From a virus, in the IMG/VR virus record IMGVR_UViG_3300010391_001464, positions 1 through 64,000 of that record: a stretch of DNA of 64,000 bases; one strand, written 5' to 3'. The notes beneath the pieces are model-generated. The model searched no databases. It was not told the origin of the DNA and saw nothing but the letters and a program-made list of their open reading frames with translations. Of this stretch, positions 48,987-58,922 are shown piece after piece (within the stretch, counting starts at the first letter, position 1; every line of letters starts with the position of its first letter). Both the position numbers and the translations under genes were made by a program.

Positions 48987-49110
48987 ACTTCAAGTGGAGA
49001 TGTATTATTAAATAATATTTGTTCGATAGTGTAAATCCTAGATTGCTTGTTGCAATAGGTATATCGATAAATCTGATAATACATCTCCACAATTTCTTTA
49101 AAGGAGAACT

Positions 49111-49914
49111 ATGAATTATTCTTCTCTGTTTGAATTGAGAGGATTTGTACAAGAACGAGATAAAAAAATTTTAAGCATTATTGGAACGATGGGTGTTATA
49201 TTTATATGGCAATTAATTGTAACAATATTTAATATAAATGAGGCAACATTACCTTCACCGATTAAAGTAATGTACTCATTTAAGGAGTTGCATTTTGAAG
49301 ATGCATTGATAAGAAATGCATTATATTCATTAAAATTGAACCTTCTTGGTATGACATATGCAGTTTTATTTGCATTACCCTTAGGGTTTTTAATTGGACT
49401 ATTTCCAATATTTAAACATCTTACTGAAAAACAAATAGCAGTGTTTAGATATTTACCATTGACATTACTTATAGGTGTTTTTATACATGCTTTTGGATTT
49501 TATGATATGATGAAGATGAGTTTTTTAGCAGTTGGTATTTTCGTTTATCTTCTACCTACTGTTGTACTTCGAGTAAGTGAAGTAGATGAAGTATATGTAC
49601 AAACTGTTAAAACTCTAGGTGCGTCAAAATGGCAAACGATAAAGACTATTTTTGTCCCAGGAGTCTTATCAAAAACCTTTGATGACATAATAGTCTTAGC
49701 ACCAATATCCTGGACATATATTATCATTGCTGAAATGATGAATAATACAGGTGGTTTAGGAGCTCTAGCATATCTTGCTGGACGACAATCAAGGGCAGAT
49801 AAAGCATTTGCAATCCTTGTAACTGTCTTTATAATAGGAATGATTCTAGATAAAGGATTTTCCTATCTAGATAAAATTTTCTTTAAATTCAAATATGTAA
49901 AGAAGGGGGATTGA
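49111..49914 (+). CDS. ABC transporter permease (TauC/SsuC-like)
   Basis: Multiple TM helices, LPSP, EAA-like loop YVQTVKTLGASKWQ, IIAEM...GLG. Confidence 0.88.
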   Translation: MNYSSLFELRGFVQERDKKILSIIGTMGVIFIWQLIVTIFNINEATLPSPIKVMYSFKELHFEDALIRNALYSLKLNLLGMTYAVLFALPLGFLIGLFPIFKHLTEKQIAVFRYLPLTLLIGVFIHAFGFYDMMKMSFLAVGIFVYLLPTVVLRVSEVDEVYVQTVKTLGASKWQTIKTIFVPGVLSKTFDDIIVLAPISWTYIIIAEMMNNTGGLGALAYLAGRQSRADKAFAILVTVFIIGMILDKGFSYLDKIFFKFKYVKKGD

Positions 49915-49918
49915 TAAA

Positions 49919-50719
49919 ATGAGTGTAGAATTTAAAAATACATCCCTTCCAGATATTATTGAGTTGAGAAATATAAATCAGTCATATGGTGACAAAGTAA
50001 TTATAAAAGATTTTAATTTATTAGTTGAAGATAAACCAAATATGGGGCAATTTGAAGTAATTCTAGGCGAATCTGGATGTGGAAAGTCTACTATTTTAAG
50101 ATATATCGCAGGACTACAAAAACCTACTTCAGGTGAAGTTTTTATTCATGCAAAACCAAGAACTAATGAACCGATAAGTATGGTATTCCAAAGATACTCT
50201 TCAATTCCGTGGTTATCAGTCCTTCAAAATGTAATACTTCCCTTAGATATTAGAAATGAGGGAGATAAAAAGGAAAGAGAACAAAAAGCAAGAGAAATGA
50301 TAAAAACGGTTGATCTAGAAGGGCATGAAGATAAATATGCAGTTTATCCTCTCCTTTCTGGTGGACAACTTCAGAGAGTAGCTATTGCTAGAAGTTTGAT
50401 TTCCAATCCTGAAATTTTATTAATGGATGAGCCTTTTGGGGCTCTTGATAATAATACAAGAAATAAGATGCAGGTAATGTTAGCAAAATTATGGGAGAAG
50501 TACCAATCAACTATAATCTTTGTTACCCATGATATACGCGAAGCAGTATTTTTGGCAGATAATATCTACATAATGAAGTCAAATCCCGCATATATTGAAA
50601 AACTAATTCATATTGATTTACCTTTAGTAAGAGATAGATATACTAAGAATGAAAAGAAGTTCTTAGATCTCGTAGATTATGTTGAGAATGCTCTACTAAA
50701 TATCAATGTGAAAAAATAA
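49919..50719 (+). CDS. ABC transporter ATP-binding protein (TauB/SsuB-like)
   Basis: GESGCGKST, LSGGQLQRVAIAR, LLMDEPFGALD, FVTHD. Confidence 0.95.
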   Translation: MSVEFKNTSLPDIIELRNINQSYGDKVIIKDFNLLVEDKPNMGQFEVILGESGCGKSTILRYIAGLQKPTSGEVFIHAKPRTNEPISMVFQRYSSIPWLSVLQNVILPLDIRNEGDKKEREQKAREMIKTVDLEGHEDKYAVYPLLSGGQLQRVAIARSLISNPEILLMDEPFGALDNNTRNKMQVMLAKLWEKYQSTIIFVTHDIREAVFLADNIYIMKSNPAYIEKLIHIDLPLVRDRYTKNEKKFLDLVDYVENALLNINVKK

Positions 50720-51033
50720 GTTTGATTCTTAAAAAGTCAGAATAAATAATATAAAAGTCGGGGGCATTAATAGAAGACCTGTGAATCTTCAATGCCTTTG
50801 AATTTTGGAGAAATTATAGAGATGAAAGAAAATGGAATATGGACTCCAGAAGTAGAAAATGGAAAAATATTTATAGAAAGTTCTGACTTCTCTCATGATG
50901 TAAGATTATATATCGATGGTGATTTTAAAGACATAAAACAAAAGATGAAATATGCAACTGAACTTGCAGTAAGATTAAATTTTGTGAATTTAATAAAGTA
51001 GAAAAAGTCTTAAACCTTATAAAATATAGAAAT

Positions 51034-51107
51034 TCGGGAGTCATCTAGTGGTAGGATGTAGTCCTTTGAAGACTGTCACGGTCGTTCGACCCGACCCTCT
51101 CGAACCA
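51034..51107 (+). tRNA. tRNA-Gln (UUG)
   Basis: TCGGGAG/CTCTCGA acceptor, TAGTC-CTTTGAA-GACTG, GGTCG-TTCGACC-CGACC, encoded CCA. Confidence 0.9.
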
Positions 51108-51534
51108 TTTAAAAAATAATTTAACATATGAGAGAAAAAAGTGAAAAATAATATTACATTTATTCAGTGGTTTAAATCCTCCGGTATTTATATATCTATT
51201 ATTTCATTAATAGTTTTAATCTACATGGGAATATTTTTAAGATTTGGATTTTATATGGTATATGAATTTCAATATAAAAAATATGTTCAAGAAGAAATCA
51301 AAGGAATGATTAATAAGGAGTGTTTAACGAATGATCATAAATATTAGTTGCAAAATATGTAAAAAAAGAGTACAAATTGATTCAACAGAGTATATATTAA
51401 AAACAGATGACTTCGGTAAATGTCCTGATTGTACAGGATTAAAAAAGATCATTCAACCAAAATTAGAAGACAAACATGAATGTAATATCTGTACAGATTA
51501 TTGCACATGTAAATAAAGTTATCGCTCGGGGGCT

Positions 51535-51628
51535 AATGAATGGTGGTCATTAAAGGGCATTCCAGGTGATGTAAGACCATATGGGCCATGCTACAGATAT
51601 TAAATCGTGGACTTGACTGCCATTCATT
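51535..51628 (+). ncRNA. Candidate ~94-nt structured RNA
   Basis: 15-bp closing stem AATGAATGGTGGTCA/TGACTGCCATTCATT (two G-U pairs); locally GC-richer intergenic DNA. Confidence 0.45.
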
Positions 51629-51677
51629 TTCTTTACTAAACTTTTGAGTATTGTTTTAATAGTAATCATTAATATAA

Positions 51678-51710
51678 GCCCTTATAATTCAACTGGTAGA
51701 ATAGCTGATC
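51678..51710 (+). pseudogene. 5' half of a tRNA gene, interrupted at the anticodon arm
   Basis: GCCCTTA-TA-ATTC-AACTGGTA-GAAT-A-GCTGA has acceptor strand, D-arm and anticodon-stem spacing; no 3' half follows. Confidence 0.55.
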
Positions 51711-51747
51711 TCTTTCTATATAGAACATATATAGAAAGAGGTTAGTA

Positions 51748-52421
51748 ATGTTTTGTAAATTTTGCAATAAAGAATGTAAAAACAATAATTCGATTATAAA
51801 TCATGAAAGATTATGCAAATTAAATTCTAATAGACATATAAGTTCATTTATAGAATATAATAAAAAAGTAAAGAATTTAGAAGTAATAAAATTAAATACT
51901 AATGGTGCTACAAAAGCAAAAAATTTAGGAAAAGTATTTATAATATCTAATAAAACTAGAGAAAAAATTAGAATTAAAAGTTTAGGAAGAAAACATTCAG
52001 AAAAGTTTAAGACTAACCAAAGATTTAATGCTTTTAAAAATAAATTAGGTGGGCACACTTCTAAAAAAGTCTTTATTATAAAAAAGAACATGGAGATATA
52101 GTATATTTACATTCAAGTTATGAATTAATAGTCGCTAAAGAACTTGATTATTATCATATAGAATGGACTAGACCTGATCCTTTAATTTGGACAGATAATG
52201 TAAAACATAGATATTATCCAGATTTTTATTTACCTGAATTTAATATATATTTAGATACAAAGAATGATTACTTGATAGAAAAAGATAAATATAAAATAGA
52301 TAAAGTTATAAAAGAGAATAATATCAAATTATTTATAATAGATAAAAATAATCTATCATGGCTTAAAATAAAAAATATAATTTGCCCGCTAAGCATTAAT
52401 GGTGATGCAGAGGTTTTGTAA
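51748..52421 (+). CDS. PD-(D/E)xK (TnsA-like) homing endonuclease with N-terminal C2HC finger and NUMOD3; frameshift at ~52063-52085
   Basis: CKFC...HERLC, GRKHSEKFK; the -1 frame continues YLHSSYEL...RYYPDFYLPEFNIYLDTKND... to TAA at 52419-52421. Confidence 0.7.
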
Positions 52422-52458
52422 ACCTCAGAACTCGGTTCGATACCGGGAGTGGGCTCCA
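52384..52458 (+). tRNA. tRNA-Thr (UGU)
   Basis: GCCCGCT/AGTGGGC acceptor, GAGGT-TTTGTAA-ACCTC, CTCGG-TTCGATA-CCGGG, encoded CCA. Confidence 0.88.
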
Positions 52459-52540
52459 TTTTAGGAGAAAAAGAAAGATGAGATATAATTATTATAAATG
52501 GTACTTCCATTAAGTAATTTTGCTTAATAGGAGGTACATA

Positions 52541-52846
52541 ATGAAATTTTATACTTATAATTATTATAAAGGGGATAGATTTAAAATGTATTATAATTTT
52601 AGATCTGACTCAGTTCCAGGAATACATAAAAGAAGAAGATGGTTCAAAATTTATTATCATTGCCATATTGATTGCATGAATGAAAAAAGAAGATGGACTG
52701 ATGATTTTAAGTTAATAAAAGAGTACCATATAAAATTCAGAATTAAAAGATCTATATCAAATCTTCCAGATACTTGGGATGATATTCCTAAAGGTAGAAC
52801 AACTAAAGGTTGGAAAAGATCAAGAAAACAAAAACAATGGATGTAA
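52541..52846 (+). CDS. Basic hypothetical protein (LPDTWDDI...WKRSRKQKQW)
   Basis: RBS AGGAGG; Arg/Lys/Trp-rich. Confidence 0.6.
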   Translation: MKFYTYNYYKGDRFKMYYNFRSDSVPGIHKRRRWFKIYYHCHIDCMNEKRRWTDDFKLIKEYHIKFRIKRSISNLPDTWDDIPKGRTTKGWKRSRKQKQWM

Positions 52847-52873
52847 TTTGGTGAATATAAATGGAGGAATAAA

Positions 52874-53350
52874 ATGAAAACCAAAGAAGAATTATTATCT
52901 GATTTAAAAAAGAAATATAAAGAATATGATGATAAATTTTCTATACTATCTAGAGAAAGTAGAACTATAGAACAAGAAATAGAAAAATTAAGTTCTGATA
53001 TAATTTTAGAGAATAAATATCTATCTAAAGAATCTTGGACTCTATCTATCGGAAGAAGTAAAAAAGATTTTTATTTAACTAGTCATTTGAAAAATAGAAA
53101 GAATTTTCATGAAATATTAAAACTATCAAGTGGACCATATCATCATTCAATTTCAATTAATGAAGTTACATTATCATTTAATGACAATGATGTATATTTA
53201 TATTTTAAATCTTCAAAACAAGGATTAGAATTTATAAAAGAACAAGGTATAAAACCAAATATAACAACACTCAAAAAAGATTTTGATGAATTAGAATCAT
53301 CATTAATTAGTATTAAAACTATTCTGGAGATGTTTAGTGAAAACAATTAA
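52874..53350 (+). CDS. Hypothetical protein
   Basis: 158 aa, RBS GGAGG. Confidence 0.6.
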   Translation: MKTKEELLSDLKKKYKEYDDKFSILSRESRTIEQEIEKLSSDIILENKYLSKESWTLSIGRSKKDFYLTSHLKNRKNFHEILKLSSGPYHHSISINEVTLSFNDNDVYLYFKSSKQGLEFIKEQGIKPNITTLKKDFDELESSLISIKTILEMFSENN

Positions 53351-53363
53351 CGAATAAGTTCCT

Positions 53364-53804
53364 TTGAGTATTATAATACTCAAAGGAATTATTTTTTTTG
53401 ATGGTGAGTATAGATTTTTATCAAATTTCTATATATGTGAAGTACCATTTGAAGGGAATATTTATTCTTCTTCCGAACATGCATATCAAGCTGCAAAAAG
53501 TTTAGATGTTGAAATTAGAGAACAAATTAGACTTTTAAAAACTCCAGGTGAGTCTAAAAAGTTCGGCGGAAAAATTAAAATAAGACCTAACTGGAATCAA
53601 ATTAAATTCAATAAAATGTATGAAATAGTTTTAAATAAATTCTATAATAATAAAGAATTAAAAAAATTATTACTAGAAACTGGAGATGCAGAATTAATTG
53701 AAGGAAATTACTGGAATGATACTTTTTGGGGTATATGTAATGGAGTAGGAGAAAATAACTTAGGAAAGATTCTTATGGCAGTAAGAGAATTATTGAAAGG
53801 TTAG
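53364..53804 (+). CDS. NADAR (YbiA-like) family protein
   Basis: FLSNFY, SSEHAYQAAK, LLETGDAELIEGNYWNDTFWG, GENNLGKILMAVRE. Confidence 0.92.
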   Translation: MSIIILKGIIFFDGEYRFLSNFYICEVPFEGNIYSSSEHAYQAAKSLDVEIREQIRLLKTPGESKKFGGKIKIRPNWNQIKFNKMYEIVLNKFYNNKELKKLLLETGDAELIEGNYWNDTFWGICNGVGENNLGKILMAVRELLKG

Positions 53805-53805
53805 T

Positions 53806-54360
53806 ATGAGTAATTCGTATTATACAGGCGATGAACATTATAATCATAAAAATATTATAAAATATTGTAATCGTTCATTTAAGAATATAGAAGAGATGAA
53901 TGAAACTATGATTGAGAATAATAATAAAGTTGTCAAATATGGTGACAAGGTTTATCATGTAGGGGATTTTTGCTTTGGTTTAGGTAAAGATATAGTTGAT
54001 AGATTAAATGGACAACATTATTTAATAATTGGAAGTCATGATAGAAATAATCAAAAAATATATGGTACTATGGTTATAATTGGAGAAGTATATGAGGTTA
54101 AAATAAATAATACTTTTATTTTTCTTAATCATTATGCTCAAAGAGTTTGGCCAAAATCTCACTATGGTTCATGGCATTTATTCGGTCATTCACATGGTAA
54201 CTTGCCTTCATATGGTAAATCATTTGATGTTGGTGTTGATTCACATAATTTTACACCATGGTCATATAGTGAGATTAAAGAAAGAATGGACTCTATAGAA
54301 GTATCTGAATATAAAATATTCGAATCAAGATGGGATAGACCTATTAAATCAAAAGAATAA
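53806..54360 (+). CDS. Calcineurin-like metallophosphoesterase
   Basis: GDEHYNH, HVGDF, GSHD, LFGHSHG, FDVGVD. Confidence 0.88.
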   Translation: MSNSYYTGDEHYNHKNIIKYCNRSFKNIEEMNETMIENNNKVVKYGDKVYHVGDFCFGLGKDIVDRLNGQHYLIIGSHDRNNQKIYGTMVIIGEVYEVKINNTFIFLNHYAQRVWPKSHYGSWHLFGHSHGNLPSYGKSFDVGVDSHNFTPWSYSEIKERMDSIEVSEYKIFESRWDRPIKSKE

Positions 54361-54497
54361 GGTTAAAATAAAATGTTTAGAAAATATGAAAAACATTTAG
54401 AATTATTGTTCCAAGTATAGATATTAAAGGAAAATTATTTTTATCAAAGGAAGAAGATAATAATTGGACATATAAAAAATTAATAAAAATAAGTTAC

Positions 54498-55835
54498 TTG
54501 GAGAATAACGTGGAAAAAGTAATACAAATAGCTAAAGAAATAAAAAAGAATAATGGTTATTGTTATATAAATGGAGGATATGTAAGAGATAAAGTTTTAG
54601 GATATCCTTCTAAAGATATTGACGTTGAAGTTTATAAGTTAAATCCACAGATTCTTTTCAATATTCTTTCTAAATTTGGAACACCAAAATTAGGAGGTAA
54701 AAGTTTTGGAGTATTCAAATTAGATGAATATGATTTTAGTCTTCCAAGAAGAGAGAAAAAGATAGGGTCCAAACATACGGATTTTGATGTAGAATGTGAT
54801 AAAAATATGACTCCAGAAGAAGCATGTATAAGAAGAGATCTAACAATAAATGCGTTATTAATGGATCCCTTTACAAATTCTATTTACGATTATTATGGTG
54901 GTCTTGACGATATAAAAAATAAAATTATTAGACATGTGTCTAATAAATTTTCTGAAGATCCTTTAAGAGTAATAAGAGTTGCAAGATTCAGTTCAAGATT
55001 TGAATTTGAAATTTATAAAGAAACTAAACTATTATGTGAGTCTCTATTATGTGAATTAAAATATTTACCAAAAGAAAGATTTTTTACTGAGTTTGAAAGT
55101 ATTTTATTAAAGAGCAAAAATCCTTCTATTGCATTTAATTTCTTATCTTCAATTGGTATAATAGAATCTTATTATCCTGAATTAGATGTATTAAAATATA
55201 TTGAGCAGGGAGAAAAATATCATCCTGAAGGATCTGTATGGAACCATGTTTTAATGGCATTAGACCAAATACCTTTAGAGGAAAGAACATTAACAACAAT
55301 GTTAGCAATTCTATGTCATGATATGGGAAAAGCAATAGTGAAGCAAGAAGATAAAGGTGATGGTCATATCTCATTTAAATATCATGCAGATGATGGTGTT
55401 TATCCAGCTGAAAAGTTTTTAAAAAGTATAACTAATGAAACTCAGTTAATAAATAATGTTTTAAATTTAGTAAAACATCATATGAGGCCATATGATTTAA
55501 AGAAACAAATTAATAAAAATAACATAAGAAGACTTGCATTAACTGTTGATATTCCTTCATTAATGATAGTACATAAAGCAGATAAATTAAGAAGAGGTTA
55601 TCAAGAATTAGATTTAGACTATATTCAGAAGATGATAAAAGTATATAATGAAATAAAAGATGAAGTTAAACCTTTAATTCAAGGAAGACATTTAATTGAA
55701 TTAGGTTTAGAACCAGGAAACTATTTTGGCCCGATCTTAAAACAAATATTTGAGTTACAAATAAATGGTGAATTCTCAAATATTGAAGATCGAATTAAAT
55801 TAGCGAAAGAGAGAAATATAATATGTCTAAAATGA
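54498..55835 (+). CDS. cca: CCA-adding enzyme / tRNA nucleotidyltransferase with HD domain
   Basis: GGYVRD, KDIDVEV, RRDLTINAL, EDPLRVIRVARF, YHPEGSVWNH, CHDMGK. Confidence 0.9.
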   Translation: MENNVEKVIQIAKEIKKNNGYCYINGGYVRDKVLGYPSKDIDVEVYKLNPQILFNILSKFGTPKLGGKSFGVFKLDEYDFSLPRREKKIGSKHTDFDVECDKNMTPEEACIRRDLTINALLMDPFTNSIYDYYGGLDDIKNKIIRHVSNKFSEDPLRVIRVARFSSRFEFEIYKETKLLCESLLCELKYLPKERFFTEFESILLKSKNPSIAFNFLSSIGIIESYYPELDVLKYIEQGEKYHPEGSVWNHVLMALDQIPLEERTLTTMLAILCHDMGKAIVKQEDKGDGHISFKYHADDGVYPAEKFLKSITNETQLINNVLNLVKHHMRPYDLKKQINKNNIRRLALTVDIPSLMIVHKADKLRRGYQELDLDYIQKMIKVYNEIKDEVKPLIQGRHLIELGLEPGNYFGPILKQIFELQINGEFSNIEDRIKLAKERNIICLK

Positions 55836-56257
55836 TATTAAGAGAAATGTATCAAGGTTGTTATAAGATGTGGAATTGGTTAGCAAAAAATCCTAAACAT
55901 GATAAATCTGAATATCTTAATATTATTGGTATTTGTAGACCAATTCTTAAAAATAATTGTTATGCCTGTGAATATGTTAAACAACGATATAGAGGAGTTA
56001 GATCTAGTGGATGTAGAAGATGTCCTTTAAAAAGTTTATGGGTATCTAGAAGATCTTTAATAGATGATTATGGTAATAAAGTTAATTCATATTTTTGTGA
56101 AGATATAGAAGGGTCACCTTATGAAATTTGGGTTAATAATAATAGTTTTTATAGAAAAAGTAGTGCCAGAAAAATTGCAAGTTATTGTAAATTAAAACTA
56201 AAACAACTTGATAAGAAAAATGAAAGAAGACATGCAAAAAATAAAAGTAAGGTGTAA
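55823..56257 (+). CDS. Cys-rich hypothetical protein
   Basis: MWNWLA, CYACEY, CRRCPL. Confidence 0.55.
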   Translation: MSKMILREMYQGCYKMWNWLAKNPKHDKSEYLNIIGICRPILKNNCYACEYVKQRYRGVRSSGCRRCPLKSLWVSRRSLIDDYGNKVNSYFCEDIEGSPYEIWVNNNSFYRKSSARKIASYCKLKLKQLDKKNERRHAKNKSKV

Positions 56258-56410
56258 ATGGGAATTTAACCATTTTAATAATTGTAATATTTGTTTATTT
56301 CAATTTGATTTTAAACATAAATATGTTAAATGTAATGAAGTTTTTGAAGTCGACTGGACATCTTTTTTAATTAATAAACATTTATTTACTGAAATAGGAG
56401 ATAGGTAAAA

Positions 56411-56689
56411 ATGAAAGTAAAAATTGAAACTGTAATAGATATTCCAGATAAAGTTTTATTAAAAGAAAGTGAATTTGCCTCAGCAGTTCAATTAATTTTT
56501 GATGATATTACTAACTATATAACATGTAGTCATTTACAAGATGCAATTATTTGGTGTTCTAAAGCTAAAACTGGAAGTCCAGAAGAAAATAAAAATTCTA
56601 CTGAATATAGTATATATAAACATCACGAATGGTGGGGCAAAACATGTGGAGAACTTGATTGGAAATATAAAGAGATTAAAAAGGAATAA
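56411..56689 (+). CDS. Hypothetical protein
   Basis: 92 aa, coupled to the next gene. Confidence 0.55.
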   Translation: MKVKIETVIDIPDKVLLKESEFASAVQLIFDDITNYITCSHLQDAIIWCSKAKTGSPEENKNSTEYSIYKHHEWWGKTCGELDWKYKEIKKE

Positions 56690-57642
56690 TGAATAACTAC
56701 GAAGAAAATAAAATACTAGAAGTAGTAACTGGTTCTAATTTATATGGAACCAACACTCCTTCTTCCGATAAAGATTATGTAGATGTTATGATAGGAGATA
56801 TAAATACTTATCTAGGACTTGAAAAAGTTAAAGAGGTAGACCTATCAATAAAATCAAAAGACGAAAATGGAGAAAATAATAAAAATGCAGTAGATAGGAA
56901 ATTATATGAGTTAAGAAATTTTATAGGATTAGCTATGCAAAATAATCCCAATTTAATAGAAATATTATTTGTAAATAAAGAGAATATAGTTTCTATAAAT
57001 GACTTTGGAAATCGTCTTTTAGAAAATAAACATTTATTTCCATGGAAGGGCGCAAAACAAAAATTTTTAGGATATGCATTTAGTCAAAAGCATCATATGA
57101 TAATAAGAACTGAGAGCTTTTTTGAATTAAATGCTGCATTTAATTATATATCTGAGAATCTACATTCGTTCCATGAAATATTTGGTAACAAACTATTAGC
57201 AGAATTTAGAGATAAAAATTTACCATTTTTAAATTTTACTAAAGGAACTTCATGTTCAATAGGAGACTTAAGTTTTGACATATCGAGAAAAATGAAAGAT
57301 GTTGTTAAGATATTAAATGATAGAATAAGTAAAGCAACTAATAGAGCTGGACTAATGGAAAAGTATGGATATGATACTAAATTTGCTTCCCATTTAGTCC
57401 GGCTTTTATTAGAAGGGAAAGAACTTTTACTAACTGGAGAAATAAAATTTCCATTAAGTTATAGAAATTTTTTATTAGAGATAAAACAAGGTAAATATTC
57501 TATAAAACATGTATTGGATCTTGCAGATAGTATAGAATCTGAATTTGAAGAAATAACAAATAAAAGTAAACTTCCTTCAAAACCAAAATATGATGAAATA
57601 AATAATCTTTTAATTGATATGGTTAAAGAGTCATTATTCTAA
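56689..57642 (+). CDS. Pol-beta-superfamily nucleotidyltransferase (YcgL/NrdC.11-like)
   Basis: GSNLYGTNTPSSDKDY, NNPNLIEILF, GYDTKFASHLVRLL, IKQG, SKLPSKP. Confidence 0.85.
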   Translation: MNNYEENKILEVVTGSNLYGTNTPSSDKDYVDVMIGDINTYLGLEKVKEVDLSIKSKDENGENNKNAVDRKLYELRNFIGLAMQNNPNLIEILFVNKENIVSINDFGNRLLENKHLFPWKGAKQKFLGYAFSQKHHMIIRTESFFELNAAFNYISENLHSFHEIFGNKLLAEFRDKNLPFLNFTKGTSCSIGDLSFDISRKMKDVVKILNDRISKATNRAGLMEKYGYDTKFASHLVRLLLEGKELLLTGEIKFPLSYRNFLLEIKQGKYSIKHVLDLADSIESEFEEITNKSKLPSKPKYDEINNLLIDMVKESLF

Positions 57643-57655
57643 GGAATAATAATTA

Positions 57656-57898
57656 ATGAATAGCTTCAAGTATTTTAAAAATTCAGAGTGTAAATTCTTT
57701 CCATGCCATCATATGTGTGGAGATTTTTATAACTGTCTTTTCTGTTTTTGTCCAATTTACAAATTCAAATGTAAAGGTAATTATAAATTAAAAGATGGAA
57801 TAAAAGATTGCTCTAATTGTATTTTACCACATGAAGAAACTGGATGGGATTATGTAGTTAATTTTTTAAAAAAACATCATTTCGAAAGAAAGGAGTGA
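57656..57898 (+). CDS. Cysteine-rich small domain protein
   Basis: CKFFPCH, NCLFCFCPIY, KDCSNCILPH. Confidence 0.8.
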   Translation: MNSFKYFKNSECKFFPCHHMCGDFYNCLFCFCPIYKFKCKGNYKLKDGIKDCSNCILPHEETGWDYVVNFLKKHHFERKE

Positions 57899-57908
57899 GA
57901 TCCTATTA

Positions 57909-58406
57909 ATGGAGTCGGTAGTATTATTAAATCAAGATTTTTCTTTTATACAAGTTATTAATTGGCAACGAGCACTTCGGTTACTTATAAAAAAGAAAGT
58001 TGAAGTAATTGAATATACAGATAAAGTTGTAAAAAATGAAGAAAGAACATTTGTTATAACTTTACCCAGAATTTTAAAACTTATTTATTATGTTAAGAAT
58101 TTCTACAAGAAGAAAGTAAAATTCAACAGAAAAAATATGCTTCTTAGAGATAATTATGAATGTGCTTATTGTGGAACTACCGGCAACAAAAATAATAAGC
58201 TCACTATGGATCATATAATTCCTAAGTCAAAAGGTGGTAAAAGTACTTTTGAAAATACAGTTACTTGTTGTACCTCATGTAATAGTAAAAAGAAGAATAG
58301 AACTCCTGAAGAATCAGGAATGGTTTTAATAAAGAAAGCATATGAACCAACACGTTATGATTTATTTAAAGACCAAATCTCTAATATAATTGCAAGATTT
58401 TTATAA
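57909..58406 (+). CDS. HNH endonuclease (McrA-like)
   Basis: RDNYECAYCG, LTMDHIIPKSKGG, NTVTCCTSCNSKK. Confidence 0.9.
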   Translation: MESVVLLNQDFSFIQVINWQRALRLLIKKKVEVIEYTDKVVKNEERTFVITLPRILKLIYYVKNFYKKKVKFNRKNMLLRDNYECAYCGTTGNKNNKLTMDHIIPKSKGGKSTFENTVTCCTSCNSKKKNRTPEESGMVLIKKAYEPTRYDLFKDQISNIIARFL

Positions 58407-58621
58407 GGAGAAGTATGTTACAAAGACTAAAACAAATTTTTAGAAACTCATTTACATTTCACAATCAATGGACATCAGTGTGGTTAAAACAAATAATATG
58501 GTTTAATATTAATTTTAGTACAGAATCACATAGATCTGTAATCAATCTTAAAATTATAAGTTTTGAATTATATCTTTGCGGTTTTGGTATTATTATTGAT
58601 ATCTTCATATGAGGATAATAA

Positions 58622-58912
58622 ATGAACGAAAAAGAAAAACACATCGTAGGGATGTTATTATTACTTCAAGCTCATTCTGACCCAAATTCAGACTTTACAA
58701 AAAATGGCTTTTGTTGTGTAGGTTATGATTCATCACATAAAATTATAAGTCCAACTATATATGAAGTTCCAACTTCAATATTATTTTCTATAGTAAAAGT
58801 AGGAGATATATTAGAAAAAATTAAAAATGATGACTCTATAGAATTTCTAGATGTTGCTATCACTGGAAAAAGAATAGTTCCAGTACTTAAAGATAAAAAT
58901 CTTAAGGATTAA
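58622..58912 (+). CDS. Hypothetical protein (paralog pair, copy 1)
   Basis: Shares L.LQ...P...G(F/Y)C.V.(Y/F)D...PT with 58923-59193. Confidence 0.55.
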   Translation: MNEKEKHIVGMLLLLQAHSDPNSDFTKNGFCCVGYDSSHKIISPTIYEVPTSILFSIVKVGDILEKIKNDDSIEFLDVAITGKRIVPVLKDKNLKD

Positions 58913-58922
58913 CTAGGAAAAA

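Noticed and set aside
50761-50799. Hairpin GGGGCATT...GAAGA/TCTTC...AATGCCTT as a riboswitch
   Set aside because: A single short hairpin with no recognisable aptamer consensus.
51678-52458. Intron-split tRNA
   Set aside because: No 3' half complementary to GCCCTTA follows; the downstream tRNA-Thr is complete by itself.
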